Sequence record: NC_042056.1
Direction: 5' to 3' (one strand)
Length of the DNA stretch: 64,000 nucleotides
Shown: positions 17,609 to 27,315 of the stretch, piece after piece
Numbering within the stretch: position 1 is the first letter of the stretch
Layout: the number at the start of each line of letters is the position of its first letter
Made by a program: the position numbers and the translations under genes
The notes under the pieces: model-generated
The model's database searches: none
Seen by the model: the letters and a program-made list of their open reading frames with translations, nothing else
Told to the model about the DNA's origin: nothing

Positions 17609-20347
17609 TTAGACGGTTTCATCTTCCGGATTAATATCCAGAGGATCGCTACCATCACCAGCATCGCCATTATCCCCAGCGTTGTTTCCATCGTCAGGGT
17701 TAAGAGCGTCATCTGGATTATCGTCTGGATTGTCATCAGGGTTGTCGTCCGGGTTATCGAGAGGATTATCGTCCAGCGGGTTGTCGTCCGGGTTGTCATC
17801 TAAAGGATTGTCATCCAATGGATTATCACCACCACCCCCACCAAAGTTATCATCCCCGCCACCTTCTCCACCCATATCGCGCTGCTTAGCCAACGTCTCA
17901 ATCTTACCAGACGTTGTTTTACCGAGCTGCATGATAGTGTTGGAAGCTTCACGGATTTCATCACTGATCATCTTCACGGTCTCAGCACGTTTCTCTTTAT
18001 CGTAAATCAGGTCGAAGAATTCATTCTCGATACCCTGTTTACGCAGCCACGTACGGACATAGAAGTTCTTCACCATCGTCTTAATGGTGTTGGCATCCAG
18101 CGAGATACCCGCATCCTGCATCATCGTGGTGATATCATCCGTCACTACCAAGTCTGCCAGCTTCTCAATGAACTCTGTACGTTTGTCGAACAGTTCCATT
18201 TGTGAAGAGGCCGCAGACGTATCCGGCGGTGGCAGCGTGACTTTAATACCGTTGATAAACTGACGCATGTACATAGAGGCTTTCGCCACGTACTGATCTT
18301 CAGATGTATCCGGCTCTTTGTCTTTGATGTACTCCACACAGGCTTTCAACAGTTCTGCTTGCAGGCTTGGTGAAGACAGCGTGGACGTCACGACATAGCG
18401 GGTCAACGGTTTTTGCAGAATCTCTTGCTTCTTCATGATCTTCTGGGTGACCAGCAGAGACTTGGAGAAGATTTGAGATGCAAACTCGATGTTGTCCGGC
18501 GTCAGTACCAAGTCCGGGTCAACGTCCGCGATGTGACAGGTACGACGCAGTAACTGCTCGTCGAGTTCTTTATCGGGTGCTTTGTAGTCCGGTGTGGTGT
18601 CCGACACAGACACTTTACTGCTTGGGTAGTAATCGTTCCCCTCAACGTTGAACGCAATCCCCGAGTTGGTTGCCATTGACCAGATGTCATCCATATTCCC
18701 CCACATCGGCTGGCGACGGTTGAAGGAGTTCAGGATATCGGACTTCATACGGGCAACAGTTTCTTCCCCGTTCATGGCATCCGGTGACAACTGAATGTCG
18801 TACTGCATATGGCGCGCAGAGTTCAGGATAGAGGTGTTCATGGTGGCGAACAGCAGTGCCATACGCACAGACGAGATAATGAAAGAACGTTCAGTGATGG
18901 ACACACCAAAACCGTCTTCATCAAAGTCAGTAGCAAAGTAGCACAGGTTCTCAGCCGGAATGTAGACCACCTGCGTGTGACGTTTTGCTAAGTGGCGAGT
19001 CAGCATGATACGGCCAAAGGTTTCTGACACATTCATGTCCAGCTCAGCACCGCCTAACGCATCACCCAGCGCAACCGCTAACTGGTTCTCAGCAATCTCA
19101 CCGAAACGGCTAATCAGACGGTTAGCAATCTCAGGCGTGACCTTCGCGTTACCTTCACCCATCCCGATAGCGGAACGGTTAATGATGGAGTCGACCATCC
19201 CGTCATTATTCAGGTAGTTCATGAAGTTCGCATCGCCGTACAGAGACGAGCGTGCGTTAATGAAGTTACCCAGCTCATCGACGATTGCCAGATAACCGAT
19301 CGGGTTCATCACGTCATCGCCCAGTACCAACGGCATGGTGGATTCAGCAGGCAGAACACGCTCGGTGTATTCAACGTGGTTTACGTCGTCCATCATCGGC
19401 TTCTGCATCTCGCCGTACATCATGGTCTGTGGCGTGGTGCGATACGTTTCGTTCAGGTCGGCGATGTTGATGCCGTCGTATTTGCGGTCTTGGCTCTCTT
19501 TGAAGGCATCCGCTTCAAATGTTCCAGCCCCGGTAGGCGTTTGAGGCTTTTCATATGCAGTCTGTTCCAACTGTCCGTAGAAGGACGCCGAGGCGTTCTC
19601 GCGTGCAACACGACGGACGGTTTCCGGCATCAAGAAAATGTTGGGGTTGTCGGTCAGCGTCAGTTTGATAGAAGCCATGTCACCGACTTTCTTCGAATCA
19701 AACAGCGAGTCCAGTTTAATCTCGATGGTCTGCGGACCGTCAGGACGCGTACGCCCATTCAGTATGCTTTCAATCCCAACCTTACGCTCATCCGGCTTAG
19801 AAATCTTACCGAGGATACCACGCTGCTGATTAAAGAAATCAATGCGCTGGTTCTTGACAGATTCCTGTGCGACCTTCGTGTCCAACCCAAACAGTTTATC
19901 AAACCCTGAGTCGGAGAGCAGAAGTACCGGCGTTGCACCTTTGAATTTAAGGGCATCGTAAATCCACTTGTACAGCTTAGTCGGCAGCTGACGTTTGTTG
20001 TCGTGGAACTCACGTTCGATGCGTACCATCTCCTGACGCAGGTCAAGAGGCATCTCGGCTACGCAATCGTAAATAAGACTGGTGTTCACTAGGTCTTTCG
20101 ACGACAACAGAGAAGAGGTGGCGATAGTGACAATCGTTTCGAGTTCAGGCAATGCCTGATAGATACGCTGTGCGTTCTTCGCTGTACGAATACGCGAACT
20201 GGCGATACCTGTCAGTTCTGAGCGAGTTGGTGTGGTGCCTCCCTCCTCGCGCTTACCGCGCTCTTGCGAACCGCTTGGGCCGGTTGCCTTGCGCAGGATG
20301 GCGCTAACTGCTGGGTCGCGCGCCTGTAACTTACTAATATCGTCCAT
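17609..20347 (-). CDS. portal protein (phiKZ gp129/SPN3US gp81 family)
   Basis: 912 aa, minus strand, head-to-head with a ~730 aa virion gene as in phiKZ relatives. Motifs QALPELE and PIGY....D..G..I; acidic low-complexity tail. Confidence 0.8.
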   Translation of the reverse strand: MDDISKLQARDPAVSAILRKATGPSGSQERGKREEGGTTPTRSELTGIASSRIRTAKNAQRIYQALPELETIVTIATSSLLSSKDLVNTSLIYDCVAEMPLDLRQEMVRIEREFHDNKRQLPTKLYKWIYDALKFKGATPVLLLSDSGFDKLFGLDTKVAQESVKNQRIDFFNQQRGILGKISKPDERKVGIESILNGRTRPDGPQTIEIKLDSLFDSKKVGDMASIKLTLTDNPNIFLMPETVRRVARENASASFYGQLEQTAYEKPQTPTGAGTFEADAFKESQDRKYDGINIADLNETYRTTPQTMMYGEMQKPMMDDVNHVEYTERVLPAESTMPLVLGDDVMNPIGYLAIVDELGNFINARSSLYGDANFMNYLNNDGMVDSIINRSAIGMGEGNAKVTPEIANRLISRFGEIAENQLAVALGDALGGAELDMNVSETFGRIMLTRHLAKRHTQVVYIPAENLCYFATDFDEDGFGVSITERSFIISSVRMALLFATMNTSILNSARHMQYDIQLSPDAMNGEETVARMKSDILNSFNRRQPMWGNMDDIWSMATNSGIAFNVEGNDYYPSSKVSVSDTTPDYKAPDKELDEQLLRRTCHIADVDPDLVLTPDNIEFASQIFSKSLLVTQKIMKKQEILQKPLTRYVVTSTLSSPSLQAELLKACVEYIKDKEPDTSEDQYVAKASMYMRQFINGIKVTLPPPDTSAASSQMELFDKRTEFIEKLADLVVTDDITTMMQDAGISLDANTIKTMVKNFYVRTWLRKQGIENEFFDLIYDKEKRAETVKMISDEIREASNTIMQLGKTTSGKIETLAKQRDMGGEGGGDDNFGGGGGDNPLDDNPLDDNPDDNPLDDNPLDNPDDNPDDNPDDNPDDALNPDDGNNAGDNGDAGDGSDPLDINPEDETV
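17690..17827 (-). repeat. coding tandem repeat (DNP[L]D)x9 in the portal C-terminus
   Basis: Translation GGGGG-DNPLD-DNPLD-DNPD-DNPLD-DNPL-DNPD-DNPD-DNPD-DNPD; 12/15-bp imperfect DNA repeats. Confidence 0.9.
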
Positions 20348-20362
20348 TGGGGTCTCCGGAAA

Positions 20363-22546
20363 ATGCAGAGGTTCAATATCTTTAGAGACCAGTCCATCCA
20401 GTTGGCGATGTCTTTGATTTTTAAATCAGAAGCCATTGCTGAGCAGATGAATCTGGCTATAACCGAGAATGGCGGTTATGTGTCGAATGACCGCACAACG
20501 TGGCGGTACTACCTGCATTTGGCAGGTCGTCGACATGAAATCGACAAACCGATTTTGTTTAAATCGGTCGAAAGCGGCGAGGAAATAGAGCTTACGGTGG
20601 CCAACTTGGCTATTCATAAGAAAACCTCGAACGTCTATCGTTCCAACACCGAGTATATCGAAAACCTCATCGAGGCGTATCCCGACTACGCGGTCTATAT
20701 AAAAGGTGTCTTTTGGCCTGTGAGTTTAGAACGGGCCATCTCCCTAAATGATTGCAGTATCATGTACTACGACTCGAAGTATGTCGAAGCGCAAGAGCAG
20801 TCATTGATTCACGATTTAGAAGCAAAGATTCGTGCCACGCACGTCCGATATTTTGCCCAAGGATGGCGTGTACACAACGATGCGTTCGTGCTGGCGTTCT
20901 ACGACATGCTCTACCCTATGTTGCCTGCCTTTATCATGCAGTTGCGACATGAGAAGCAATTCACCGTTGAAACACACAGTTACTACGTCACCGAGTTCCT
21001 GGCCTCGCACCAAGAGCTGCACGAGTTTATTCCTTACCTAACTCAAAAACAGATGTTCACGCTATACCGTAACATCCGTTATTGGGAGCGCAACTCCGGC
21101 AAGAAAGAAATCTTCGACTGGATGGTGGAAACCCTCCTCACAGGTTGGAGTATGCCTGCCGTGGCGTACAATGTTGGCCAGTTAATTCACGACCCCACCA
21201 CCGGGTTAGATGAAGACTTAACGCCGAAGCCGACAGGGTACCAGCAAGCTCTAAACTATAAAGAGCGTACGTCAGGCCGTGATTTGGATTTGGTTGCAAC
21301 CGCTGACCTCATCCAGAAAGAGTTGTCGTTGGCCTCCGAAAACGGTCAACACCAAGTTGAGTACCAGACAGACCTAGACACGCGTCTGGGCCTGACGCAA
21401 TATCCTAACCTGTCCACGAAGCTTGTCGAAGTGACCGCCATTGACCCCGAAGCTATTGAGCGTTGGGAGTATATGCACGGCCTCTTTAATGAGTGGTTAC
21501 ACTTAACGGCCAGTGGAAAGTACAACATTTATCACGACATCCTTAACCCGACCAATGGGGACACGTTGAAGCTCTCGTCTAAAGAGTTGTTCGCGCTGTA
21601 CCTCTATGCTGGGTTCAAAGGGTTCTCCAATATTGAGTTGACCACCATCCCTGCGTTCCATGCCATGGACGTCCAGATTAAACGCTGGATTACCCCGGAA
21701 GAAATGCACAACGCAATCTACCCAGATAGCTGGGTTGGGCGTTACGATGGTATGGTTAACTATTTCGCTGACACACAGTACGAGGTCATTGGGTCGCTGA
21801 CCAGCAACGATGAGTTGTTCGATGCAATCTCCACGATGTTAGATAATAAACGTAAGCGCTACAGTTATGTTTATAACCGTCGTAAGATTCCTGACCGTGC
21901 AGCGGGCTTGCAACTGTTTGCTTACATGTATCGGAGCTACCGTTGCGATTTAGAACTGCCGTATACGGACTATGAAGAATTCTTCAGAACGTACGGAATC
22001 GACCACACATTGATTTCGAACGAGACGTGGCAGGACATTGCAACTGATGCGTTCAATATTGCAACAAACATGGAGAACCGGGCGGTTCTGTCTCAAGGTG
22101 AGATTCAGCGTGCAATGGTAAGGTTGATGAGTAAGCTCTCATCGTACACCATCCACTTTGCTGCACGTATGGCATCTGACTCGTACGACATTACCGATCC
22201 TATCACACCGATTCTTGGGGACATACCCGCATCCGCACATGCGTCGATGTCGGTTGACCATCCCCATACCGGTGTGCAGGATGTGGCTGTGAAGTCGAAG
22301 ATGTCCACCTCAACACCGCTCGCGGTGATGCCCGATATCGTCGCCTTAAAAGCACCCCGTCGTTTGCGATACCAAATGGATATCGCTATGGGTATTCAGG
22401 TAACGATGCATCAGCATCAGGTGGTTAACATTTCTGAGCCGTTAGTGGGCGTGGACGTTACTGTAAACGTAAAAGACAAAGCCTACTTGAGCGATAAGAT
22501 TAGGAAGCGTGCCCTCGATGGTTTTATTAAGGGCGAGTATTTCTAA
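20363..22546 (+). CDS. phiKZ-like virion structural protein (putative baseplate component)
   Basis: 727 aa. TWRYYLHLAG..H..D and LYRNIRYWERNSGK motifs conserved in phiKZ-family virion proteins next to the portal. Confidence 0.65.
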   Translation: MQRFNIFRDQSIQLAMSLIFKSEAIAEQMNLAITENGGYVSNDRTTWRYYLHLAGRRHEIDKPILFKSVESGEEIELTVANLAIHKKTSNVYRSNTEYIENLIEAYPDYAVYIKGVFWPVSLERAISLNDCSIMYYDSKYVEAQEQSLIHDLEAKIRATHVRYFAQGWRVHNDAFVLAFYDMLYPMLPAFIMQLRHEKQFTVETHSYYVTEFLASHQELHEFIPYLTQKQMFTLYRNIRYWERNSGKKEIFDWMVETLLTGWSMPAVAYNVGQLIHDPTTGLDEDLTPKPTGYQQALNYKERTSGRDLDLVATADLIQKELSLASENGQHQVEYQTDLDTRLGLTQYPNLSTKLVEVTAIDPEAIERWEYMHGLFNEWLHLTASGKYNIYHDILNPTNGDTLKLSSKELFALYLYAGFKGFSNIELTTIPAFHAMDVQIKRWITPEEMHNAIYPDSWVGRYDGMVNYFADTQYEVIGSLTSNDELFDAISTMLDNKRKRYSYVYNRRKIPDRAAGLQLFAYMYRSYRCDLELPYTDYEEFFRTYGIDHTLISNETWQDIATDAFNIATNMENRAVLSQGEIQRAMVRLMSKLSSYTIHFAARMASDSYDITDPITPILGDIPASAHASMSVDHPHTGVQDVAVKSKMSTSTPLAVMPDIVALKAPRRLRYQMDIAMGIQVTMHQHQVVNISEPLVGVDVTVNVKDKAYLSDKIRKRALDGFIKGEYF

Positions 22547-22571
22547 TCTATTGACATAAGCGAGAAATTGT

Positions 22572-23096
22572 ATGCCGTATCGTATCGACCTATCGAAACC
22601 ACCCCACGAAATACTGGTGAATCGCATCAACTACGTCTGGGGTACTTCTTATAGACCAGACCAGGTTGAATTCAACAGTCGTGGCGCATGGCCGCTGACG
22701 AAAGAAGAACGACGTGCGCGTGGCGTCGAATCTAAAATCGCGGCACGATTTAAAAACGGGGTAATGGGCTTTCAGGAGTTCCACCTTACCCGTGCCGACC
22801 TGACCGAACTGCTGGAAGGGGTTGTGGTAGAAGTTCCGATGGGTATTACGTGGAGCCACTACCTCGTCCCTTACATCATTGATGAGTTAGGTTTACAGCT
22901 GGGGCCGTACGATTTGGTGATTGAACCGTTAGAAGGGAATTTCACCACGTACGTCGCACGCATCGAACCACATCACCCTTCGTTCAAAGGGACGATTGAT
23001 ATTAAGTTCGTTGACCCGACCCCACGTAAGTTAACCGACCTCGTCACGAAATACAAACTTGACGGATTCCGCGTAGGAGAATTTTTCGATGGCTAA
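22572..23096 (+). CDS. virion structural protein carrying the N-terminal domain of the 56-63 kb paralogue family
   Basis: 174 aa. Pattern L..IN...G....F....R.DL..L....GL.L...DL....F.G.I.I...L..LV....LDG is shared with the tail-type array. Confidence 0.55.
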   Translation: MPYRIDLSKPPHEILVNRINYVWGTSYRPDQVEFNSRGAWPLTKEERRARGVESKIAARFKNGVMGFQEFHLTRADLTELLEGVVVEVPMGITWSHYLVPYIIDELGLQLGPYDLVIEPLEGNFTTYVARIEPHHPSFKGTIDIKFVDPTPRKLTDLVTKYKLDGFRVGEFFDG

Positions 23097-23973
23097 TACC
23101 AAGGTGTATGACGGTAAGTTGTCCACAGCGACACTTAGCGCCATGCGTTTAGCAAGTGCGTTGATTTGTGGTGCCGATGTAAAGTACCCACAGAACTCAA
23201 CGCTCAATGAGTTTTTCAAACTGATGACCGGTAAGCTGCCAGACCCATCGGTACGACCCAGTCTGAAGTATATGTCCATCGGCTTCGCAGGTCACAAATC
23301 CATCAAGGTGAAAACCATTGACAGTTTTGTGCCGATTGCGAAAAGTCCTACTGCGTCGGGGATGTTCAGTCACGTACCGTTTGTGTTGCGTACCCTCGAT
23401 AACGACCTGAGCGATGAACAGCGTAAAGATTATGCGTTCCGTACCCAAGTCAATGTTGAAGGCCGTAACTACTGGGCGTATTACCTGAAGCGTCTGGATA
23501 TGCGTTCGGTGCAGACGACCGACCTCGAAACCATCCGTGAAAACGGCGTGCCGAAGACGGAAGACTTCGTCTACAAAGACAGCGACCTGAACCCGATCCC
23601 TAAAGACCTGCCAGACTACGACTACGACGATGACAGCACCGTCGAAATCCCGGACGGTCGTTATGTTCAGTCGGGCTGCGACATCGTTATCAACTGGACG
23701 GAGTTCGACATTCAGGAATACCTGAACGTGGCGGCCATCATGTTGGGTGATGCCGGTTCTGCTATCGTGTCTGAAATCGCACTGTGCTCTGGTGTGGACT
23801 TCACAACCGGTGGTCAATCTGCAACTGGTTCGCCGTTCTCGTACGAAGAAGCCATTGGGGTACAGGTTCTGTATCACATCAGTCTCTTTACTAACCTTGC
23901 ACAAACCAACGACCAGCTGGGTCTGACGATTCGTGTGGGTCAGCCTGCGCCGTTCTATCTGGGACAAGCGTAA
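23089..23973 (+). CDS. conserved phiKZ-like virion structural protein
   Basis: 294 aa. Y..IG..GH, PFVLRTLDNDL and AYYLKR motifs seen in phiKZ-family structural proteins upstream of RuvC. Confidence 0.6.
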   Translation: MANTKVYDGKLSTATLSAMRLASALICGADVKYPQNSTLNEFFKLMTGKLPDPSVRPSLKYMSIGFAGHKSIKVKTIDSFVPIAKSPTASGMFSHVPFVLRTLDNDLSDEQRKDYAFRTQVNVEGRNYWAYYLKRLDMRSVQTTDLETIRENGVPKTEDFVYKDSDLNPIPKDLPDYDYDDDSTVEIPDGRYVQSGCDIVINWTEFDIQEYLNVAAIMLGDAGSAIVSEIALCSGVDFTTGGQSATGSPFSYEEAIGVQVLYHISLFTNLAQTNDQLGLTIRVGQPAPFYLGQA

Positions 23974-24623
23974 TGTTGATACCTGAACCGCGTCTCCCGG
24001 ACAACATGGTGCGGATTGTGGGTGTCGACCCCGGCACCTCACATCTTGGGTTAGCGGTTCTGGATTGGGAATACGGCACAGAGCAAGCCGAAGTGGTGTG
24101 GGCAGAAACCTTACACGTCAAAGACCCGACACACGACTCCTCGTTTGGGGAAACGGTGGGGCGGCGTGATGCTCGCATGATACAACTCGAAGCCTTATTC
24201 GAGGAGTTCCTTCGGTTAGCTCGCCCGACCTTCCTTGCAACAGAAACCCCGTTCATGAAACGGGGTAAGCTTTCCGCCTATGAGTCCGGTGTTGAATTGC
24301 AATTGATGTTGCGCCGTTCCTTGTGGCGCGTCTTTCCGACGAAAGTCATTCACGGTTATCACCCCATTATTGTGAAATCTTATGTTGGTGTTGATGCGAG
24401 AGGCACTGATAAGGAAGACATGAAACGTGCAGTCCAAAAACTGTATGCGAATCACACCCATGTCGACCTCAGCACCTTGGACGAACACAGTAACGATGCC
24501 GTCGCTGTGTGCAACATCTTCGTGAGGCTTTCACTGCTCAACTTAAACAGTCTCCTGCCGCCCAAAGAGAAGAAACCGAAAGGCTCCTTTTCCAAACGTC
24601 GGCGTAAACGGAAGAGGGGTTAA
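23973..24623 (+). CDS. ruvC: RuvC-like Holliday junction resolvase
   Basis: IVGVDPGTSHLG, ATETPF and DEHSNDAVAV give the RuvC D/E/D/D catalytic pattern; basic C-tail. Confidence 0.85.
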   Translation: MLIPEPRLPDNMVRIVGVDPGTSHLGLAVLDWEYGTEQAEVVWAETLHVKDPTHDSSFGETVGRRDARMIQLEALFEEFLRLARPTFLATETPFMKRGKLSAYESGVELQLMLRRSLWRVFPTKVIHGYHPIIVKSYVGVDARGTDKEDMKRAVQKLYANHTHVDLSTLDEHSNDAVAVCNIFVRLSLLNLNSLLPPKEKKPKGSFSKRRRKRKRG

Positions 24624-24625
24624 CC

Positions 24626-25180
24626 ATGTCACTGTCTCAACAGGATGCTACCGCACAAGCGTTAGATGTCCTTATTCAAGCGGGCACCAACAAGCTCAGC
24701 ATTGAAGAGGCCAGTAAAGTGAAAGACGCGGCTGCTGCACTTGGGCATGCGGATGTCATCGATGTCACCAAGCCTGCCAGCGTCATACTGTCTGCTCTGC
24801 GTCCGATGTTAATCGCGCAGATTGGTCAGTTGGCAGACAACCTCGAACAGCGTGCTGTCGGTGCTGTAGAGGGGCTGGATGCGAAGTACGGCAAAGAAAC
24901 CATGATGACCTTGTGGCCGAACTTTGGTCGCGGGGTGAAGTTCATCGTGATGCTGTTAGCGTTGGCGACCGTCGCCATTGCGGGGTACCTTGCGTACTAC
25001 ACCATGCACACGCCAGAAATGGACTCCATGGATGTGGCTATCGTGGGACTTACCCCGCTGTTTGGACTGGCGGTGTTCTGCACCTGGCCAATCAAAACAC
25101 TGGCGTACAGTTCGATGACGATTGCAGCCAAAGTCGTTGAGGCGAAACTCCAGAAAAAAGCGACCGCAGCCAAGTCGTAA
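24626..25180 (+). CDS. membrane protein (two predicted TM helices)
   Basis: Hydrophobic stretches FIVMLLALATVAIAGYLAYY and VAIVGLTPLFGLAVFCTWPI. Confidence 0.7.
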   Translation: MSLSQQDATAQALDVLIQAGTNKLSIEEASKVKDAAAALGHADVIDVTKPASVILSALRPMLIAQIGQLADNLEQRAVGAVEGLDAKYGKETMMTLWPNFGRGVKFIVMLLALATVAIAGYLAYYTMHTPEMDSMDVAIVGLTPLFGLAVFCTWPIKTLAYSSMTIAAKVVEAKLQKKATAAKS

Positions 25181-25183
25181 GTC

Positions 25184-25217
25184 TCTCGCCCTTCGGGGCG
25201 AGATCTTTTCTTTTTTT
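25184..25217 (+). terminator. intrinsic terminator (cUUCGg)
   Basis: TCTCGCCC-TTCG-GGGCGAGA plus T tract. Confidence 0.85.
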
Positions 25218-25267
25218 GTCTTAATACGCGAGTTGTAATTTATGTGAAAACGATTAGGGGGATAACC

Positions 25268-25891
25268 ATGAATCTATTACAGATGCGCGTTCGCACGGCA
25301 CTGATATCTGCGGCGGGGGTTCTGAACGCCATACCGAAGCTGCCTAAAATAGTGCTCGGTGATGAAATCAGAAAGCGGCTTATTGTCAGTATGCTTGAAG
25401 AACAGACGTGGGCGAAGTACAGAACACTTCCTGCGGGTTATTCACAAGTAAGGCCACCGTATGTGGGTCAAACGCTAGACATGCTTAAAACGTTGTTTAA
25501 GGGCGCTACCGTTGACGATGTACAACATGCGTATCGGTGTCTGGCGAATGCGACAGACAAACTACTCGCTCGGAGCTATGGCTTATGGCCAGAAGGTTTA
25601 CCCGAAGAGGGTTTCGATGGCAGTTACCCTGCGGGTGCGCTGTTGTTTGACCACGGGGTGTCTTACCGATTCCACAAGAACTTCATCCATGCAGTTTGGC
25701 TACGTCCAACGGTAGACATGAAGGAAATGTCAGTTGCTTCCTACATCGACTTCATTTGCACACATTGCGGCGACGTCGACGTCAAGGGCTACACGGTGCG
25801 TGAACTAACACCATCGATGCCTATCGAAGATTTCCTCGGCGATGTGCACACCGATTATTTGGAGAGGAAATTATGCTCTACATCGAAGTGA
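25268..25891 (+). CDS. hypothetical protein
   Basis: Track ORF 25244..25891; ATG 25268 follows GGGGA. Confidence 0.65.
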   Translation: MNLLQMRVRTALISAAGVLNAIPKLPKIVLGDEIRKRLIVSMLEEQTWAKYRTLPAGYSQVRPPYVGQTLDMLKTLFKGATVDDVQHAYRCLANATDKLLARSYGLWPEGLPEEGFDGSYPAGALLFDHGVSYRFHKNFIHAVWLRPTVDMKEMSVASYIDFICTHCGDVDVKGYTVRELTPSMPIEDFLGDVHTDYLERKLCSTSK

Positions 25892-26349
25892 GTCCTGATA
25901 AGGTCTCCGGTGACCTGTTCCCCGGATTGCGTAAATGGATTGATGACCAGAACGAACACCGAGGTCAACCCATCCGTGTGGTTATGGCAGTGGAAGATGA
26001 TATTCCGATGGGTGTTATGGCCTATGCCGATGGCCAGATACTCTACATCTACGTACCGGAAGAATCTCGCCGGGGTGGTGTCGGTACGGCATTACTGAAA
26101 CGTGCGGTGCTGGAAAGTAAGCGTTCGGTGGTCAGTGTAAAGGTGCACCCGTCGAACGTTGATGGATTATGTTTCATGCTCAAGTGCGGCTTCGCTATTG
26201 ATGGTGTCATGATCGGTTTGGATAATGTACGTTATCATCGTATGACGAATAACATCGTCGTTGTACATACGCCGCCGGAGGAGAAGCACTTAGAAACGTT
26301 TGTGACGAATGTGCCGATATTTTTATCGATGGCGGAAGGTAATTTCTAG
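25873..26349 (+). CDS. GNAT-family N-acetyltransferase
   Basis: Motif A YVPEESRRGGVGTALL and motif B N...LCFMLKCGF. Confidence 0.8.
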   Translation: MLYIEVSPDKVSGDLFPGLRKWIDDQNEHRGQPIRVVMAVEDDIPMGVMAYADGQILYIYVPEESRRGGVGTALLKRAVLESKRSVVSVKVHPSNVDGLCFMLKCGFAIDGVMIGLDNVRYHRMTNNIVVVHTPPEEKHLETFVTNVPIFLSMAEGNF

Positions 26350-26365
26350 CCGCGAGATTATAACA

Positions 26366-26851
26366 ATGTTACGTGTTGTGTACGAGACACGGTGCTTGGA
26401 CGATGTCCAATCAAAGCCAGTTTGTCGCGCCGAAATCGTGCCCGCCTCGGCGGTGGACAGAGCAGCGTCCACACTTCGGGGTGTGCCGGTGAAGTTTACA
26501 CAGTGTGACGAACATCGCGAGAACAAACCTTATAAGACTATACCGGCAATGCGGCCCAGTAAGCGTAGAAGTTATGCCGAATTAAAGCAAAGACTTTATC
26601 GGCATTACCGTCGAAGTGCTTGGAAACAGTTAGTGATGCTAGTCATTGACGATTTCATTAAGAACCTCGATTGGGAAGAAGTGCTTAAAGAGGCGGGCTT
26701 CCGCACTCATTCTTTCACGTACCACTGGCATCAATTCAAAAAACAGTACGACCACGAACTTCGTTGGTCACCTGCAACCCGAAAGATGTTTGCGCGTCTT
26801 GAGGGGCAGGACTGGCTCCTACCGTATATGGAAGAGGACAAAAAAACATGA
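26366..26851 (+). CDS. hypothetical protein
   Basis: Track ORF 26309..26851; likely ATG 26366. Confidence 0.6.
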   Translation: MLRVVYETRCLDDVQSKPVCRAEIVPASAVDRAASTLRGVPVKFTQCDEHRENKPYKTIPAMRPSKRRSYAELKQRLYRHYRRSAWKQLVMLVIDDFIKNLDWEEVLKEAGFRTHSFTYHWHQFKKQYDHELRWSPATRKMFARLEGQDWLLPYMEEDKKT

Positions 26852-27240
26852 TGCGCATTGTAGCAGCTTTTATTTTAACGGTTATTTCGTTTACAGTTTC
26901 TGCAAACTTTAATCCCTACGTAATGGAAGGGTTCAAACCTTCCAATCCGGGGGATGTTCGTGTGAAGTTTACCGAGTTGGATAACCCGACCACGGTAGCG
27001 GAGCATGGCGGGTTTGCTGTCGTGAATACAGGCCGGTCAGAAAAATGCCCCGCAGGGGGTTTCTATCTGGTTAACCTGACCCGCAAGACATATCAGTTCG
27101 TCGATGCGGGTTCCTGTCAAAAGGATATTCGTGCGACGTTGTCTGGCCCATTCCCAGACAAACTTTCAGTCGTGACGGAGATTTTGACGTTCACTTACAA
27201 AGACATCGTTACGGCACGATACCCACTCTACAGTTATTGA
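26848..27240 (+). CDS. exported/periplasmic protein with signal peptide
   Basis: MMRIVAAFILTVISFTVSA|NF is a classic Sec signal ending VSA; two Cys in the mature part; ATGA overlap. Confidence 0.7.
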   Translation: MMRIVAAFILTVISFTVSANFNPYVMEGFKPSNPGDVRVKFTELDNPTTVAEHGGFAVVNTGRSEKCPAGGFYLVNLTRKTYQFVDAGSCQKDIRATLSGPFPDKLSVVTEILTFTYKDIVTARYPLYSY

Positions 27241-27247
27241 GTGGCTT

Positions 27248-27281
27248 TCTCTCCCTTCGGGGAGAGATCATTTTATTTTTT
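27248..27281 (+). terminator. intrinsic terminator (cUUCGg)
   Basis: TCTCTCCC-TTCG-GGGAGAGA plus T tract. Confidence 0.85.
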
Positions 27282-27315
27282 AAGTCACCGGTGAATGCTA
27301 TAGGAGGTGTCAATC

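Noticed and set aside
17605-18005. Repetitive alternative-frame ORFs (TTRTTT..., SSGLSSGL...) and a possible CRISPR-like array
   Set aside because: These are other frames of the portal DNP repeat. Units are 12-15 bp, contiguous and have no spacers, so this is not CRISPR.
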